A stretch of DNA of 64,000 nt from Diplonema japonicum (taxonomy: Eukaryota; Protista; Euglenozoa: Diplonemea): the NCBI GenBank assembly GCA_964019335.1, contig OZ025712.1, forward strand, positions 437,614 through 501,613, written 5' to 3'. The translations under genes and the position numbers were made by a program. The notes beneath the pieces were generated by a model. That model was not told where the DNA came from, made no database searches, and worked only from the letters and a program-made list of their open reading frames with translations. Numbering within the stretch: the stretch's first letter is position 1; every line of letters begins with the position of its first letter. Below, one piece after another: positions 22,385-33,834 of the stretch.

Positions 22385-24487
22385 ATGGGGTTGACGCAGA
22401 CTAAGGAGGTCGCAAGGGACGTGGTATCGCCGTTGGAGATAACAGAAGAGAAGAATGGCAAATGCATCTGGCAAGGGTGGGACGTGGGAAGCGGCGGATG
22501 CAGGGTGACTGTGGTCGACGGCTGCCGCAACTTGTACATGGACTGGAAGGAGAGGGTAAGGTGTGACAGCTGCTGGGATGGTGAAGGTCTGCTGCTGATA
22601 ACGTCTGATGGTACGGAGGTGGCTTTCGACAACACTGAGGAGTGGGAAGAACCATCAAGCGCCTCTTGCAGCGACAACTATTGTGTGCACACGGCTGTTC
22701 TAGCAGGTGCCATGGGTATCCTCACTGTCGCGGGAGAACACGAGGCTCGCGTGTGTGACGATAGGCTCAGCGAAGTGACTTCCCAGCCGCCTGAGCTACA
22801 CAACATCGAACCCCCAATAGCTGCAGAGGGCGAGTGGGTCAACGTTGTGGGGAATCTGTTCGGCGGCTGCTCTGCTAAGCACGTACATGTCTTGTGTGGT
22901 CTCGACTCTTCTGGCACCGGGCCCTGTTTGGCCACCGATGTCATCAGGGTCAATCACAAGGTGGTCAGATTTAAGGTGCCTTCTGGGGTACAGTCTGTCT
23001 GCCCTATTATCATTGCATGCCCTTTCGGGAGGTCTCGCAACAAATCAGTGCTGGAGGTTCGACAACCGGAATTGCAGGCATCACTGGTTTTGAAGTCAAT
23101 CGAGGCGCCCTATGATGATATGGGGTGCTACACCATCTGCGGTGCTGGCTTCACGGAGGACATCACCGTGTCTGTCAACGGCCATGTCTTACCAAAGGAG
23201 AGCTGGGAGCTGAGAAGCGATGAGCACATCACAGCAGAAGCAGACCTCTCCGACCTCGACGGGGTGCTGACAGCGGCAGTGTGGAACGATTCGCAAACAG
23301 CTTCTGTGGTATCTACGGTGGCACCTTCGCAGTCGGCATGCACCGCCGCGCTGCCATGCACACTGCAAACGTGGTGCCTGGCCCCCGACAAGGTGACGTG
23401 TAACGGTGTCCCCATGCGACACTTTGTCAGGTGCCTGTACCGCATTGGCGCGTTGGCTAGGTACAAGATGCACCTCGGCACCCCGAGTTGTGAGTCTGTG
23501 ATACCAGAAAGCATCAAACTAACTCTTGAGGACTACCGCGCCTTGTGCAAAGCGCAGGAACTGACAGAACAGTACTACTTCTGCAAGACGCAACGTGGGG
23601 GTACAGGTGTTGCTGTGCTTTTTAAATCCCTGGGCAACATGCTCTGGAAAGCTGCTGAAAGTTTCGGACTGCCTGAGCTCGTGCAGGGCGGCTACAAAGA
23701 AGGCGATGTGCTGTTCTACGACTTGCAGAGCAGGACGGCTTTGGGTGATGTTGAGCTGCGCGACGCCTCTGCATCTGCCTTCTTCAGGTTGCAAAAGACA
23801 TATGACAGGTTCTCGCACTCGGGGGTCTTCATCCGCAAAAAATCGCGGCCAGCCATCTTCCACGGGCTTCGGACCCGCGTGAAGGACCTGACCGTGCCCG
23901 CTGCATTCGCATATATGCCTAAACGCGAAGTTGACTTGAGAAAGGTGTTCTTCAGGTTTAGGTACCTCCCGGAGACAATGCAAGAAAAGATGGACATGTG
24001 GTACAGGGAAGCGGTGTGCAGGAGAGCGAAGCAAGGACAGCTAATACTAAACGACTGTGCAGATCTATGGGACATTATAAAAGTTGTGCGATCCATTCCA
24101 GGTAGGCAAAGCCAAGCCCTGTCCGTGGTGGGCGACCCAGGTGTGCTCGGCAGGGGCGACACCGTGCGCATCATGTGTTCAGCCTTCACAGCGTCCATTT
24201 TACTAGAGTCCTTCCTTGAGATGGAGACCAAACTGCACTCTATTGCAGCACAAGAGGAAGATCTCTCTACAAGGAACCTGTACCTGTCCGTGACCGTGCA
24301 CCCGTCGCTGGTCATCGACACGCTGTCGCTCCCGCCCAAGCTACTGCACAAGTGGAATGTGTGGCGCGATACCCTGTCATCTCCGCCGCTGCTCCTTGCC
24401 ATCTCCGCCAGTGATGTGCACAGCTCCTTCCGCGCCCTTCGAGCGCTGCAGTTATGTGATGACGACCTCATCAAGAATCTATCCTAA
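22385..24487 (+). CDS. Protein with IPT/TIG-like Ig domains and a C-terminal permuted papain-like (YaeF/YiiX NlpC/P60) domain
   Basis: MGLTQT N-terminus; VNVVGNLF and TICGAGF IPT-like motifs; EGDVLF...FSHSGVF...IMCSAF His-before-Cys order. Confidence 0.65.
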   Translation: MGLTQTKEVARDVVSPLEITEEKNGKCIWQGWDVGSGGCRVTVVDGCRNLYMDWKERVRCDSCWDGEGLLLITSDGTEVAFDNTEEWEEPSSASCSDNYCVHTAVLAGAMGILTVAGEHEARVCDDRLSEVTSQPPELHNIEPPIAAEGEWVNVVGNLFGGCSAKHVHVLCGLDSSGTGPCLATDVIRVNHKVVRFKVPSGVQSVCPIIIACPFGRSRNKSVLEVRQPELQASLVLKSIEAPYDDMGCYTICGAGFTEDITVSVNGHVLPKESWELRSDEHITAEADLSDLDGVLTAAVWNDSQTASVVSTVAPSQSACTAALPCTLQTWCLAPDKVTCNGVPMRHFVRCLYRIGALARYKMHLGTPSCESVIPESIKLTLEDYRALCKAQELTEQYYFCKTQRGGTGVAVLFKSLGNMLWKAAESFGLPELVQGGYKEGDVLFYDLQSRTALGDVELRDASASAFFRLQKTYDRFSHSGVFIRKKSRPAIFHGLRTRVKDLTVPAAFAYMPKREVDLRKVFFRFRYLPETMQEKMDMWYREAVCRRAKQGQLILNDCADLWDIIKVVRSIPGRQSQALSVVGDPGVLGRGDTVRIMCSAFTASILLESFLEMETKLHSIAAQEEDLSTRNLYLSVTVHPSLVIDTLSLPPKLLHKWNVWRDTLSSPPLLLAISASDVHSSFRALRALQLCDDDLIKNLS

Positions 24488-24604
24488 ATATTTTAATAGT
24501 ACGTTTGGCAACGCAAGCCGCTGTGGGAGTCTGTTGGGTTTTCTACTTGTCACGTAACCCCCCTGCATAAACATCATAGCGTTTAATAAACAAAAGAAAT
24601 AAAA

Positions 24605-25036
24605 ATGGTTAACGCGTGGACCGAGCTGAAGAAGAACCGTACCGTGGTATGTTAGACAGAAAAAAGGGGGGGTCCACAAACAATAACAGACCCCTGCCAC
24701 GGGTGCCGGTGTCCGTGTTGGTCTCAAGAAGGGTTACGCTACCACCAAGACTTCGCGTTCGGTGAACCCCGCCAAGAGGCAGGCCCTCCACAAGAAGAAG
24801 CTTGAGGCCTGCAGGGAGATCATCCTGGAGGTATGAAACACATATAAGTAAACACATACTTGCAGGTTGCTGGTCTCTCCCCCTACGAGAGGCGTATGAC
24901 CGAACTTCTCAAGGTTCAGCGTGAGAAGCGTGCCCTGCGATTCGCCAAGAGGAGGCTTGGATCGTACATCCGTGGTAAGAAGAAGAGGGAGCTTGTCTCC
25001 ACCATGATGCGCAAGCAGGCCGCCAAGAAGAAGTAA
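24605..25036 (+). CDS. RPL36: 60S ribosomal protein L36 (eL36); introns 24647-24689 and 24831-24865
   Basis: Spliced product contains [44 protein letters not shown]; absent from the ORF track. Confidence 0.96.
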
Positions 25037-25109
25037 GCACATAGTACATCATTGAGCCATTTTTATTTTGCGATGCACTTTACCCCCACTCACTCACACA
25101 CAGGTTGGG

Positions 25110-26949
25110 ATGTCGTTCCAACAGACACCAGGGCGCTTCAACGCCAATGACTTTAAATCAATGCTTAGCAAGAAGACAGGGCAAACGGATTTGGAGAAGC
25201 AAAAGGTGATCAAAAGCGCACCGAAGCGACAAGAGCCTAAGATAAAGAAGCAAGCAGTGAACAAGAAATCTAGCAGTGGTGGTGGCATGCTGCCGCCCGG
25301 TAAGCCGGCCAATCGGTCAGCAACGAGGTACCAAAACACGCCGTACAAGGACAGGGCAGCGGAAAGGCAGGCAGGTGGTAGTTCTGAATACGCTGATGAC
25401 GAGAAGCTGCTAAACAGAGTGGGTCTTACCCCGATGGGGCGCAGCAGCAGTACCCCCATGGGCATGGGTATGGGGTCGCAGTTCCTAATGACCCCGGCAG
25501 GCAGAGTTGCGATAGACGACATAGAGAAATTAGGTATTAAAAGCAAGTCTGGTTCGTTCGAGAACCCAGAGGCGCAGGAGACGGAACAGAATTCTGAAGA
25601 GCGCCAGAACCTGATCAATGAGGAGATCGAGAAATCGAAACTGCTGGGCGGCGATGATAAGCACACGCATCTTGTGAAAGGAGTGGACTTTGCCATGCTT
25701 GCGAAGGAGAGAGCAAGAATCCAAGAGCAGGAGGTGAAGCGCAAGGAAGAGGAAGCAGTCCAAAAAGCCTCGCAGCAAGAGCTTCTTGACACTATTAAGA
25801 AGAGTGTTAAGAAGGTTGTAGGTCAAAAGGTACCACGGACAAAGAGCCTCGCGGAAGCAGCAGTATTCAAAACTACGTTAGGGAGGGACGTCTTCAACAT
25901 GATTGCAGACGGGGTGGGTGTGAGGTCCCTCCCACGCCTCGCCGGGCGGTCCTTCGTGTTCGACCTCTCGGCAGACGCCATTTCTGACGTGCCGCGTACG
26001 TCGATCACCAGCTCACTGCTCGGCTCGAAGGGGCCTGTCATGTGCAAGTCATCTGCACCCGAAGGCGTGCTGCAGAACATCTCATACATCATTGACCAGA
26101 GGTCCGCGGGGGCCTACGGCACTGCACGGACGCGGCAAAAGGAACGCGAGGCTAAACGCCGCGAAGAGCTCGTGAGGCGTGAGAAAGAAAAGTTGGAAGC
26201 AAAATCCGAGAAGTTGGAAATGAGTTTAGTGGGAGAGATGAAGGCAAAAGCACCACAGAAGGAGGAGAAGAAGGAATCGGAACAAAAACCACAAGACGAC
26301 GAAAGCGAAGGAGGGATCTTCTCAGACGAAGGGGGCATGTCGGGGCTAGAGTCCAGCGACACCGACAGCGACAGCGAAGAGGAGAACGAAGCGGAGGAAG
26401 GCGCAAAGGAAGGCGATGTGAAAACAGGTGGTTTCTTCGGTGACAAAACTGTGTCTGTACTGCCGGTGGCTGCAGATGACGACACAGCAGCGCTGATGGC
26501 GGACTTGGAACCTGTAACACAGAAGCCACCCCCACAGCAGCCCAAACAAACGCTGGAGAGGCTACCACAGGCTTCCTCTGCATATGGTGAGTGTTTCCCC
26601 GACACCTATGGCGGGCCTGATCTGGAGGGCTTTGCAGCAGGGCTGAATGAGGTGGATGAAGTTGACATCGAGAGAGAGGAACTGGACGACACGCGGCTCG
26701 ACAAGGAGGCTAGCACGAAGTATGCAATGAAAATGAAGGGCCACAACAAACCACAGAGAAATGAACCGGAAGAAGCAGTCACGTGAGAACCAAATTCAGC
26801 TGGAGCTGAAGAGGATGGAGATGTATGCCTTTACCACTTCAAGCAACAAAACACACGACAGGGATAGCAGCAAAAAGAGGACGAGCACCCCGCCACAAAA
26901 CGAGCCTAAGAGGCAAAAGCTTGACGCACGCGGGGATCCCTTGCTTTGA
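25110..26949 (+). CDS. IK: Spliceosomal protein RED (IK) homolog; introns 26720-26756 and probably 26823-26861
   Basis: [33 protein letters not shown] motifs. Confidence 0.88.
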
Positions 26950-27007
26950 TTTTTTATCTCTTATATCTTATAATCATTATCTCTTTCACCTTATTCAACA
27001 GGAAAGG

Positions 27008-27312
27008 ATGATTATCCCTATTAGATGCTTTACATGCGCGAAGGTCATTGGCAATAAGAGAGATCAGTTTTTGAACCTAGTGAAAAATGACCACCCAGAA
27101 GGAGAGGCTCTGGATGCCATTGGGCTCACCAGGTAATTGCACACACGTAACATCACGACCACAGGTATTGCTGCAGGCGTATGATGCTCACGCACGTCGA
27201 TCTGGTGCCTATTTTGTTGAAGTACAGTGGTGACAGAAAGGATGTTCCGGAGAACTTGGTGCAGAACCCGACGGCTTACGGTACTGGGTACGACTTGCAG
27301 GCCGTGCGGTAG
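27008..27312 (+). CDS. RPB10: RNA polymerases I/II/III shared subunit RPB10 (90 aa); intron 27133-27164
   Basis: [10 protein letters not shown]...[14 protein letters not shown] after splicing. Confidence 0.95.
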
Positions 27313-27461
27313 TGTTAAGTAATGTAGTTACTGTTTGCATTGTAGTATTCACGCCAGCTGTGCTAGTTGGCATGTTGGGACGACTTTATTTACCTTGTTG
27401 AAGATAACCCCACCCTCCATAACTTTTGACTTCACGATTACAACAGGAACAAAGACAAACA

Positions 27462-29114
27462 ATGGCAGTGTTGGCTCTTAGTTGTCTTGCACTGAGCTTG
27501 GGAGCGACTCAGCATGACTACACCCAGACGGTGTCAGGCACGGGGACCATCTTGCTGGGCACCGGAAGATACGTGAAGGTGAACACGTGGACATCAGGGT
27601 CAGCCTGTGCTACAATGAAGGTCCAGTACACTGAAGTAAATGGGACAACCATCTTTGAATCCGACAACCTCTCGGCAGCCAGCATCTCCGCAACGACTCC
27701 TTACTACTTCAAGTCGCACGGCACTCCCGATCGCACGGTATGCATTGTGGGCATTGTAGTCACCACCACAACAGTTCTCGATGGCATACACTGTGACTAG
27801 CGTGGGCACCTGCAGCTTGGCATTCAACGCAAGGTATGCACATGAAACACAACAAGCATCCACGCAGGGTGAAGAGACCCGAGGACCTGCACTGTATCAA
27901 CGACGCTGACCTTCTGCAAGAAATGCAGGGCGGCGGCCACATCCCGGGACAGAGCGACGAAGGGTTCCCCAGGCACCACCAAAGGCTGTACAGCAGGGAG
28001 ACCACGACCGTCCCCAGCAACTCCAGCTCCTCTAGCCTTGTCGCTGAGGTATGACTCATGTGAATCCGCATCACATCACAGGACGCCGACACGAGCATCG
28101 TGTACTTCGGCCTTGGCATTGGCCCCATGCTGGAGATGAGCTGCCTCCACGCTTTCACGACCCCCTCCCAGTACTACGCTGCTGGTGTCAACGACGTGTG
28201 CAGGGCGCAGATGACCGGCACCGACGCGGTATGACACACACAACAAGCACCCGTGCACAGGTGCACGCCTCAGTGCAGCACAACGTGTACATCAAGGAGG
28301 GCTACGACTGCAACGCCTTCACTGACGCCACCCGAGGCAACACCCTTGCTGTGGGCCTCTTCGGTAATGACGAGACAGAGCGTGCCGTCTACGGTACGTG
28401 CTGCTCGATGACAAACGCGTCTACCTGCAACTCCGTGTGGACCCTTGTGTCTGGTACCAACACCAGGGCATGCTTCTGGGTGGAGGCCGAGGGGACCTGC
28501 TACCCTGAGTACAGCTCGACCTTAGTCGACATGCAGGGCCTGGTGGGGCTCAATGACACTTTGAACATTGCCTCCTCAGAGGTGCATAAGCCCAAGTCTA
28601 CCTACGTGACCGACCCGGACCTTCTTGCTGACGCATACCAGGGCGTGACTGCCAGGAGGTGGTGGCTGGTGGTGCAGAACACCGTGGCCGTTGCAGCACC
28701 TCTTGAGTGCGGTACCACCGTGACCGTGTCGTACATCTCGACCACCACTGGCGGGCAGTGCGAGCCCTCTAGCAGGGTATGCCTTCATACACACAACACA
28801 AACAACAGAACCTGTGCGACAACACGATGGCCACGTGCATGGCACTGCCCACCGTGGAGACCACCACCCCTGTCTACTGGGAGGCCGCCATCCCTGCAGC
28901 TGATGCCATCAGGAACGACAAGTTCCACACATGCAACTGCCTGAAGCAGAAGGAAGTGTGCTACCGCAAGGGCGGTTGCATCAGCACAAAGAAGTACCAG
29001 CTGATCCTCCAGAACTGCCTTGACCAGGGCTGTGGGGACTACTGCAACAGCGGTGCGGGGCTGGTGGCGTCGCTTGCGATGACCATCTTCGCTGTCCTGG
29101 CAGTGATGCTGTGA
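27462..29114 (+). CDS. Cys/Thr-rich putative GPI-anchored surface glycoprotein A (494 aa); introns 27738-27774, 27834-27867, 28049-28081, 28229-28260, 28777-28808
   Basis: Signal peptide; five GTATG..CAG introns give a continuous frame; C-terminal NSGAG plus hydrophobic tail. Confidence 0.85.
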
Positions 29115-30705
29115 TGAGGAAAACGGTTGATAACTTTTCAAGAGCAAAGGGGAAAAAAAAAAATCATGAAAAATTATTTTTGTGGGGGTCTGTGCCCCTC
29201 TTTTAATGGGTAGATAACGTTTTATGCAACCTTTTTTAGGGTGTTTGGCAATGTTCCAGTTACTCAGGATTAGAAACCCATTTTCATTTCTTTTTTTTAC
29301 AAACCCCAAGGGCTTCATACTGCAAACGACCAAACACCCAAAAGAGGTTACAGAAAACGTTGTTTTACCCTTTTTATAGAAGTATTCGGCAAGTGAATGC
29401 CTAGCTGGGGGGGGGGGGGGGGGGGGTAAGTTATTAAGGTTTGTAGCTAGTGATGGTAGCTCTTTTCTTTCCCCCCCCCCTTTTCATATCTCCGTAACAA
29501 GGAAAAAAAAAAAAAAAAAAGAAGAACAGAGAAATGCCCCTCCCTTTCGGAGCAGTGTTTCCCCCTTTTCCTCCCTGTCATGTGGCCACGCTTGGTCTGC
29601 CCCTCCGGTTCCTTTTCCCCCCATTTTTTTTTTTTTTTTTTTTTTTTTCATGTATAACAAACCCCGTAGCCCTTCCCGTACCCGATGTGCCAATAGATCA
29701 GAGGACAACAGGCCCACTCTTCCCTCGCTTCAGGGCCTGGCAGGAGAAGACTTTTTCTTCCTGCCTTGTTTGCGTTGGGTTCTGTTTCCCTCCCTCCCAC
29801 CTTCTCCTCCCCTTCCTTCCCAACCATAACTTATGACTCCGAACCCCCCCCCTTTTTTTTAAGATAAGTGGATATGAGCTCACTGGCAGAGGCTCCTTTC
29901 CTGTTAAGTTGTGAAGGTGTCGGAGACGTGTTATTTTTCTTTCTTTTTCTCGAGGAGGGGCACAGGGGAGTTGAACAGGGAGGGAAGAGGGGGAAAAAAA
30001 AAAAACAAGAAAAAAAAAAGAAAAAAAAAAGCTGCTCCTCTTCTTTTTTCTTTATTCGTAGTGTTTAGGGTGGAAACTTCTGTTCCATCAGGGGAAATTT
30101 AACTGTATCCGATAGGAGGGTTCGAAAAAAAAAAAAAATGGACCGTGGAAAAAAAAAAAAAGAAATAGGGGTGATGACCCCTGTGCCCTGCCCTCACGTT
30201 CTCTCATGTGTATGCAACTACTCTCATTGTATTGGTGCTTAATAAAGCGTTTCCACTTATTTGCCTTTTGTCTGTTTGGCTTAAGGTAGATCTTATAGAG
30301 GAACGTGGTTGAAGGGCCAAGAATCCCAACCTTTCCCCTCCCTTTTTTTTTCTTTTTTTTTCTTCTTCCCCTCCCCGTTCCCCCAACCCGTCTGCCCAAA
30401 CCCACCAGTTGTGTTCGTCCCTCCCCCCCCCCTTTTTTTTCCTTTCTTACGTCAAATGCATCATGTCGGTGTAGGTTGTGTATACCCCTCTTTTTTTTAT
30501 CCTTCTTTTACCCCCTCCCCCCACCACCCTTTCAGCTATGTCCTATTTTCCTTTTTTTTTTTTGTAAGTCGCTTTTATTTATTTATTTTTGAATTTTTTT
30601 TTTATTTTTATTCCCCATTTTTTTCTATTCCATACGCTTTTTTTTTTTTTTCCCCACTCCACTGAACTTTTTTTTTCCCGTTACAGGTAACAAAGAGCTG
30701 GCGAC

Positions 30706-31053
30706 ATGGCCCCCCAAGCTGACGCAAGAAGCATCTTTGTAGCGTTCAAGAAAAGCTATGACGAAAAGACTTCCCCTAGGTTGAAAATCTGTGATGCCTT
30801 TATCACGTTCTTCTTGCTGAATGCACTCCTGTTGTTCGCGTACTGTGTTTTGGTGGGATCCTTCCCTTTCAACGCCTACCTCGGTGGCCTCTTTGCCAAC
30901 CTTGGAATGCTCATCTTCACCGTGTCTCTCCGTATGCAGGCAGCACCCGCCAACACCCCCCAGTTCCAAGGCATCAGCATCGAGAACTCCTTCTGCGACT
31001 ACTCTCTCTGTGCTGTTCTCCTCCTTTTCACCTCCGTCCACTTCATGGGTTGA
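30706..31053 (+). CDS. DAD1: Oligosaccharyltransferase subunit DAD1/OST2
   Basis: RLKICDAF...YCVLVGSFPFNAYL...VSLRMQ...HFMG. Confidence 0.93.
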   Translation: MAPQADARSIFVAFKKSYDEKTSPRLKICDAFITFFLLNALLLFAYCVLVGSFPFNAYLGGLFANLGMLIFTVSLRMQAAPANTPQFQGISIENSFCDYSLCAVLLLFTSVHFMG

Positions 31054-31419
31054 TCTCGCCGCGCGAATAATAAAAAAGAAAAAGAAAAAAAAAAAAAAAA
31101 AAAAAGAGTGTTTCCTTCTTCTCACTGTACGGTTTATTTTCTTTTAAATTTTTTTTCTTCCTTTGTTTCCACACGTTATTATAACCCCTCTTATTTTATT
31201 TTATTTTTTTTGGATTTTTTCTTTGGAGTGATTCTTTTGATTTTGAAAAAGAAAACAAATGAGAAGAATAAATAAAACACCCCCCGCCACCGCCCTCTTT
31301 TTATTTTTACCCCCCCCTTTCTCCCTGTCTTTAGGGAGTTAAGTAAGTGTTTCTTTTTTTTTTATATATTATTTCTTCTCGTTCTCCCTTATCATACACA
31401 CGCAGGGGGTGCTGGGAAG

Positions 31420-33166
31420 ATGAAGAGCTTAGCATTGCTGATTGCCATTTCCGGGCTTGTTGCGGGCAACGCGCCCCAGCCCCACCGTAGTAGCCGCTAC
31501 ACGTACACGGCCACTCACACTGCAGATGCGACCTTGTACCATTACATGGGCGCAGGCAGGCAGGGCGATGTGAACCTTGTCACGGTCACGACTGGCTGTG
31601 CCACGGTCGCTGTGCGCATGGCGTACGCCGAGGTGGGCAACGCGACGTTGTGCGCCGACACGACCAACAGCCGCTGCACCTGCCTGACCCCGACCACTGG
31701 CACATGTCAGAACGTGGTGACCGGCACCCTCGTGTCGAGTGCCAACCTTGTCGCTGGCACGCACATGCAATTCAACTCGCACGGCAAGTCCGAGTACGGG
31801 TTCTTCATGGTGGTCGCCGTCTCCGGTTTCACCACCACCTGTACCACTGCTGCTGTCACTGTCACCGCCGATGCTGGTGTGCGGGCTATCGACAGGGCAT
31901 ACTGCGTGAGGGAGATCGACAGCATGCACGAGAAGCAGAGCGGGGGCGCACTGTCCTACTTCAACCAGGACGCGGCCATGCCCTTCCACACCGGGAAGAG
32001 GTACGAGATTTCCACCAGGACTGCGTCGTCTGCATCCAGCGAGGTATGCTCCACACAGTACACCACACCACACACAGACTACCGTCACTGCCGTCCCCAA
32101 CGTGATCTATTACAACCTTGGAGCGTCCCCTCAGGTCGAGGTGGAGTGCCTTCACGTGCACATCACCCCCACCCAGTCTACTATTCCTGCTGGCTGTGAG
32201 GGCACGCAGCTGCTCCCCGTCAACACTCAGGTACAACACACAACACACAACACGCCCACAGCCTTCTACTGACTCCGTCACCGTGTCTCTTGTGGGCCTC
32301 GCTGACTGCAATGCGTTCAGCAGGCAGGTCCCTGCGCCCTCTGACACTTGCTGCGGCTCGAACATGACTACCTGCCTTGCGGGGGTCCAGCTTGGGGTAT
32401 GCAAAGAAAACGGTCATAATACTTGTATAGAACTGCATTTGGGTTGACGAGGACGAACTCTGCTTCCCCACCTGGAGCATGCACAGCACTAGCTTGGACG
32501 CTGCTGTCGGTGCTGACGGCACCTATGTCTTTGCCTCAAACCAGGTATGCGGATGATGGTGGCCACAACACGATGCAGGTGCACGGCCCGCAGTCGTCCT
32601 ACGTGAACAACGACAACTCCCTTTCGTCATGGACGATGGGCAACTGGAACAGGAGGTGGTACCTCACCATTACTAACCAGTATGCAGCACATCGCACACA
32701 CACACACACACAGGCTGACTGCCACGTCATCCGCAACAACATGTGACCTGACTGTCTCGACGTCCTTCCAGAGCACCACGACAGGTGGGCAGTGCGAGCC
32801 CTCCAGCAGGGTATGAAACTAAGTGCAGCACATCACCACTTTTCACAGTTGCAGTGCGACAACACGATGAACGACTGCATGGCAGGGCAGATTGAGACTA
32901 CCCCTAGGTACTGGAAGCAGTACGAGGCCACCAGCACTGACAACTTCACTACGACCGTTGGTGGCAATGACCAGTACAAGACCTGCAACTGCCTGAAGCA
33001 GAAGGAAGTGTGCTACCGCAAGGGCGGTTGCATCAGCACCAAGAGGTACCAGCTGGTCCTCCAGAACTGCCTTGACCAGGGCTGTGGGGACTACTGCAAC
33101 AGCGGTGCGGGGCTGGTGGCGTCGCTTGCGATGACCATCTTCGCTGTCCTGGCAGTGATGCTGTGA
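31420..33166 (+). CDS. Cys/Thr-rich putative GPI-anchored surface glycoprotein B (paralog of A); introns 32044-32077, 32231-32261, 32397-32430, 32545-32578, 32680-32713, 32811-32848
   Basis: Signal peptide; continuous spliced frame; shares F.SHG, RRW.L, TTTGGQCEPSSR and the C-terminus with A. Confidence 0.85.
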
Positions 33167-33196
33167 TAGCATGCATGAATGTTTAAAAATAGTTAA

Positions 33197-33834
33197 CCAT
33201 CTACCAACGAGCGTCTTTATAGAGACGATTTGAAAAAAAATCTTTTGCGCAAAGGGCTTTCAATGCAATACAGCCCGGACACTTCTCGCATCCGGGGTCC
33301 TGCGCGGAAAATATAAAAAATATAAACTAAATGCTGCCCTAACTTTGCAAGAAAATGAAAAAATATAAAAAAACACCAGCCCAAATTTACCCTTAAAAAT
33401 CACTTCAAAAAAGGGCACCCAGAAAGAGGCCGGAAGAGGACATTATGAGTGATGATAACACTGATGGCTCATCCCTATTATGCAATTTTGATACGAACAG
33501 TGATTCTGATTCGAATTCGACCGATTCCGAGTCACAGCAGGGTGATTAGACGGCAAAGCCGGAGCAGTTGGAAGGCATCCGCAAACCCGACTATTCTGGG
33601 AAATCTGTGTTTCCACAGCGAAACAAACAAGCGTGCTGACTTCTACCTATCGCAAAGGCCTCCCGGAGATCACGGATGCCCCAAAGAAGCGAGGCCGCAA
33701 GCCCAAGGATGCGCACCTTGTGGAGACACCCAGTTCCACCAGCACGTAACCCCCGGCGTTGCGCTAGAATAGTTTTTTTTGAAGTTTTGAAAATTTACCC
33801 CCCTGGTGGGCAAAAATGGTCCGTTGGTAGATGG
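33197..33834 (+). mobile_element. Non-autonomous piggyBac-type DNA transposon (638 bp)
   Basis: 13-bp TIRs CCATCTACCAACG / CGTTGGTAGATGG, each flanked by TTAA (33193-33196, 33835-33838); internal acidic MSDDNTD..SDSDSNS and PKKRGRKP remnants. Confidence 0.85.

Noticed and set aside
29114-30700. Phe/Lys/Pro-rich ORFs here and at 7.8-9.2, 12.4-13.1, 33.9-35.3 and 62.5-63.7 kb
   Set aside because: Translations of homopolymer-rich intergenic DNA
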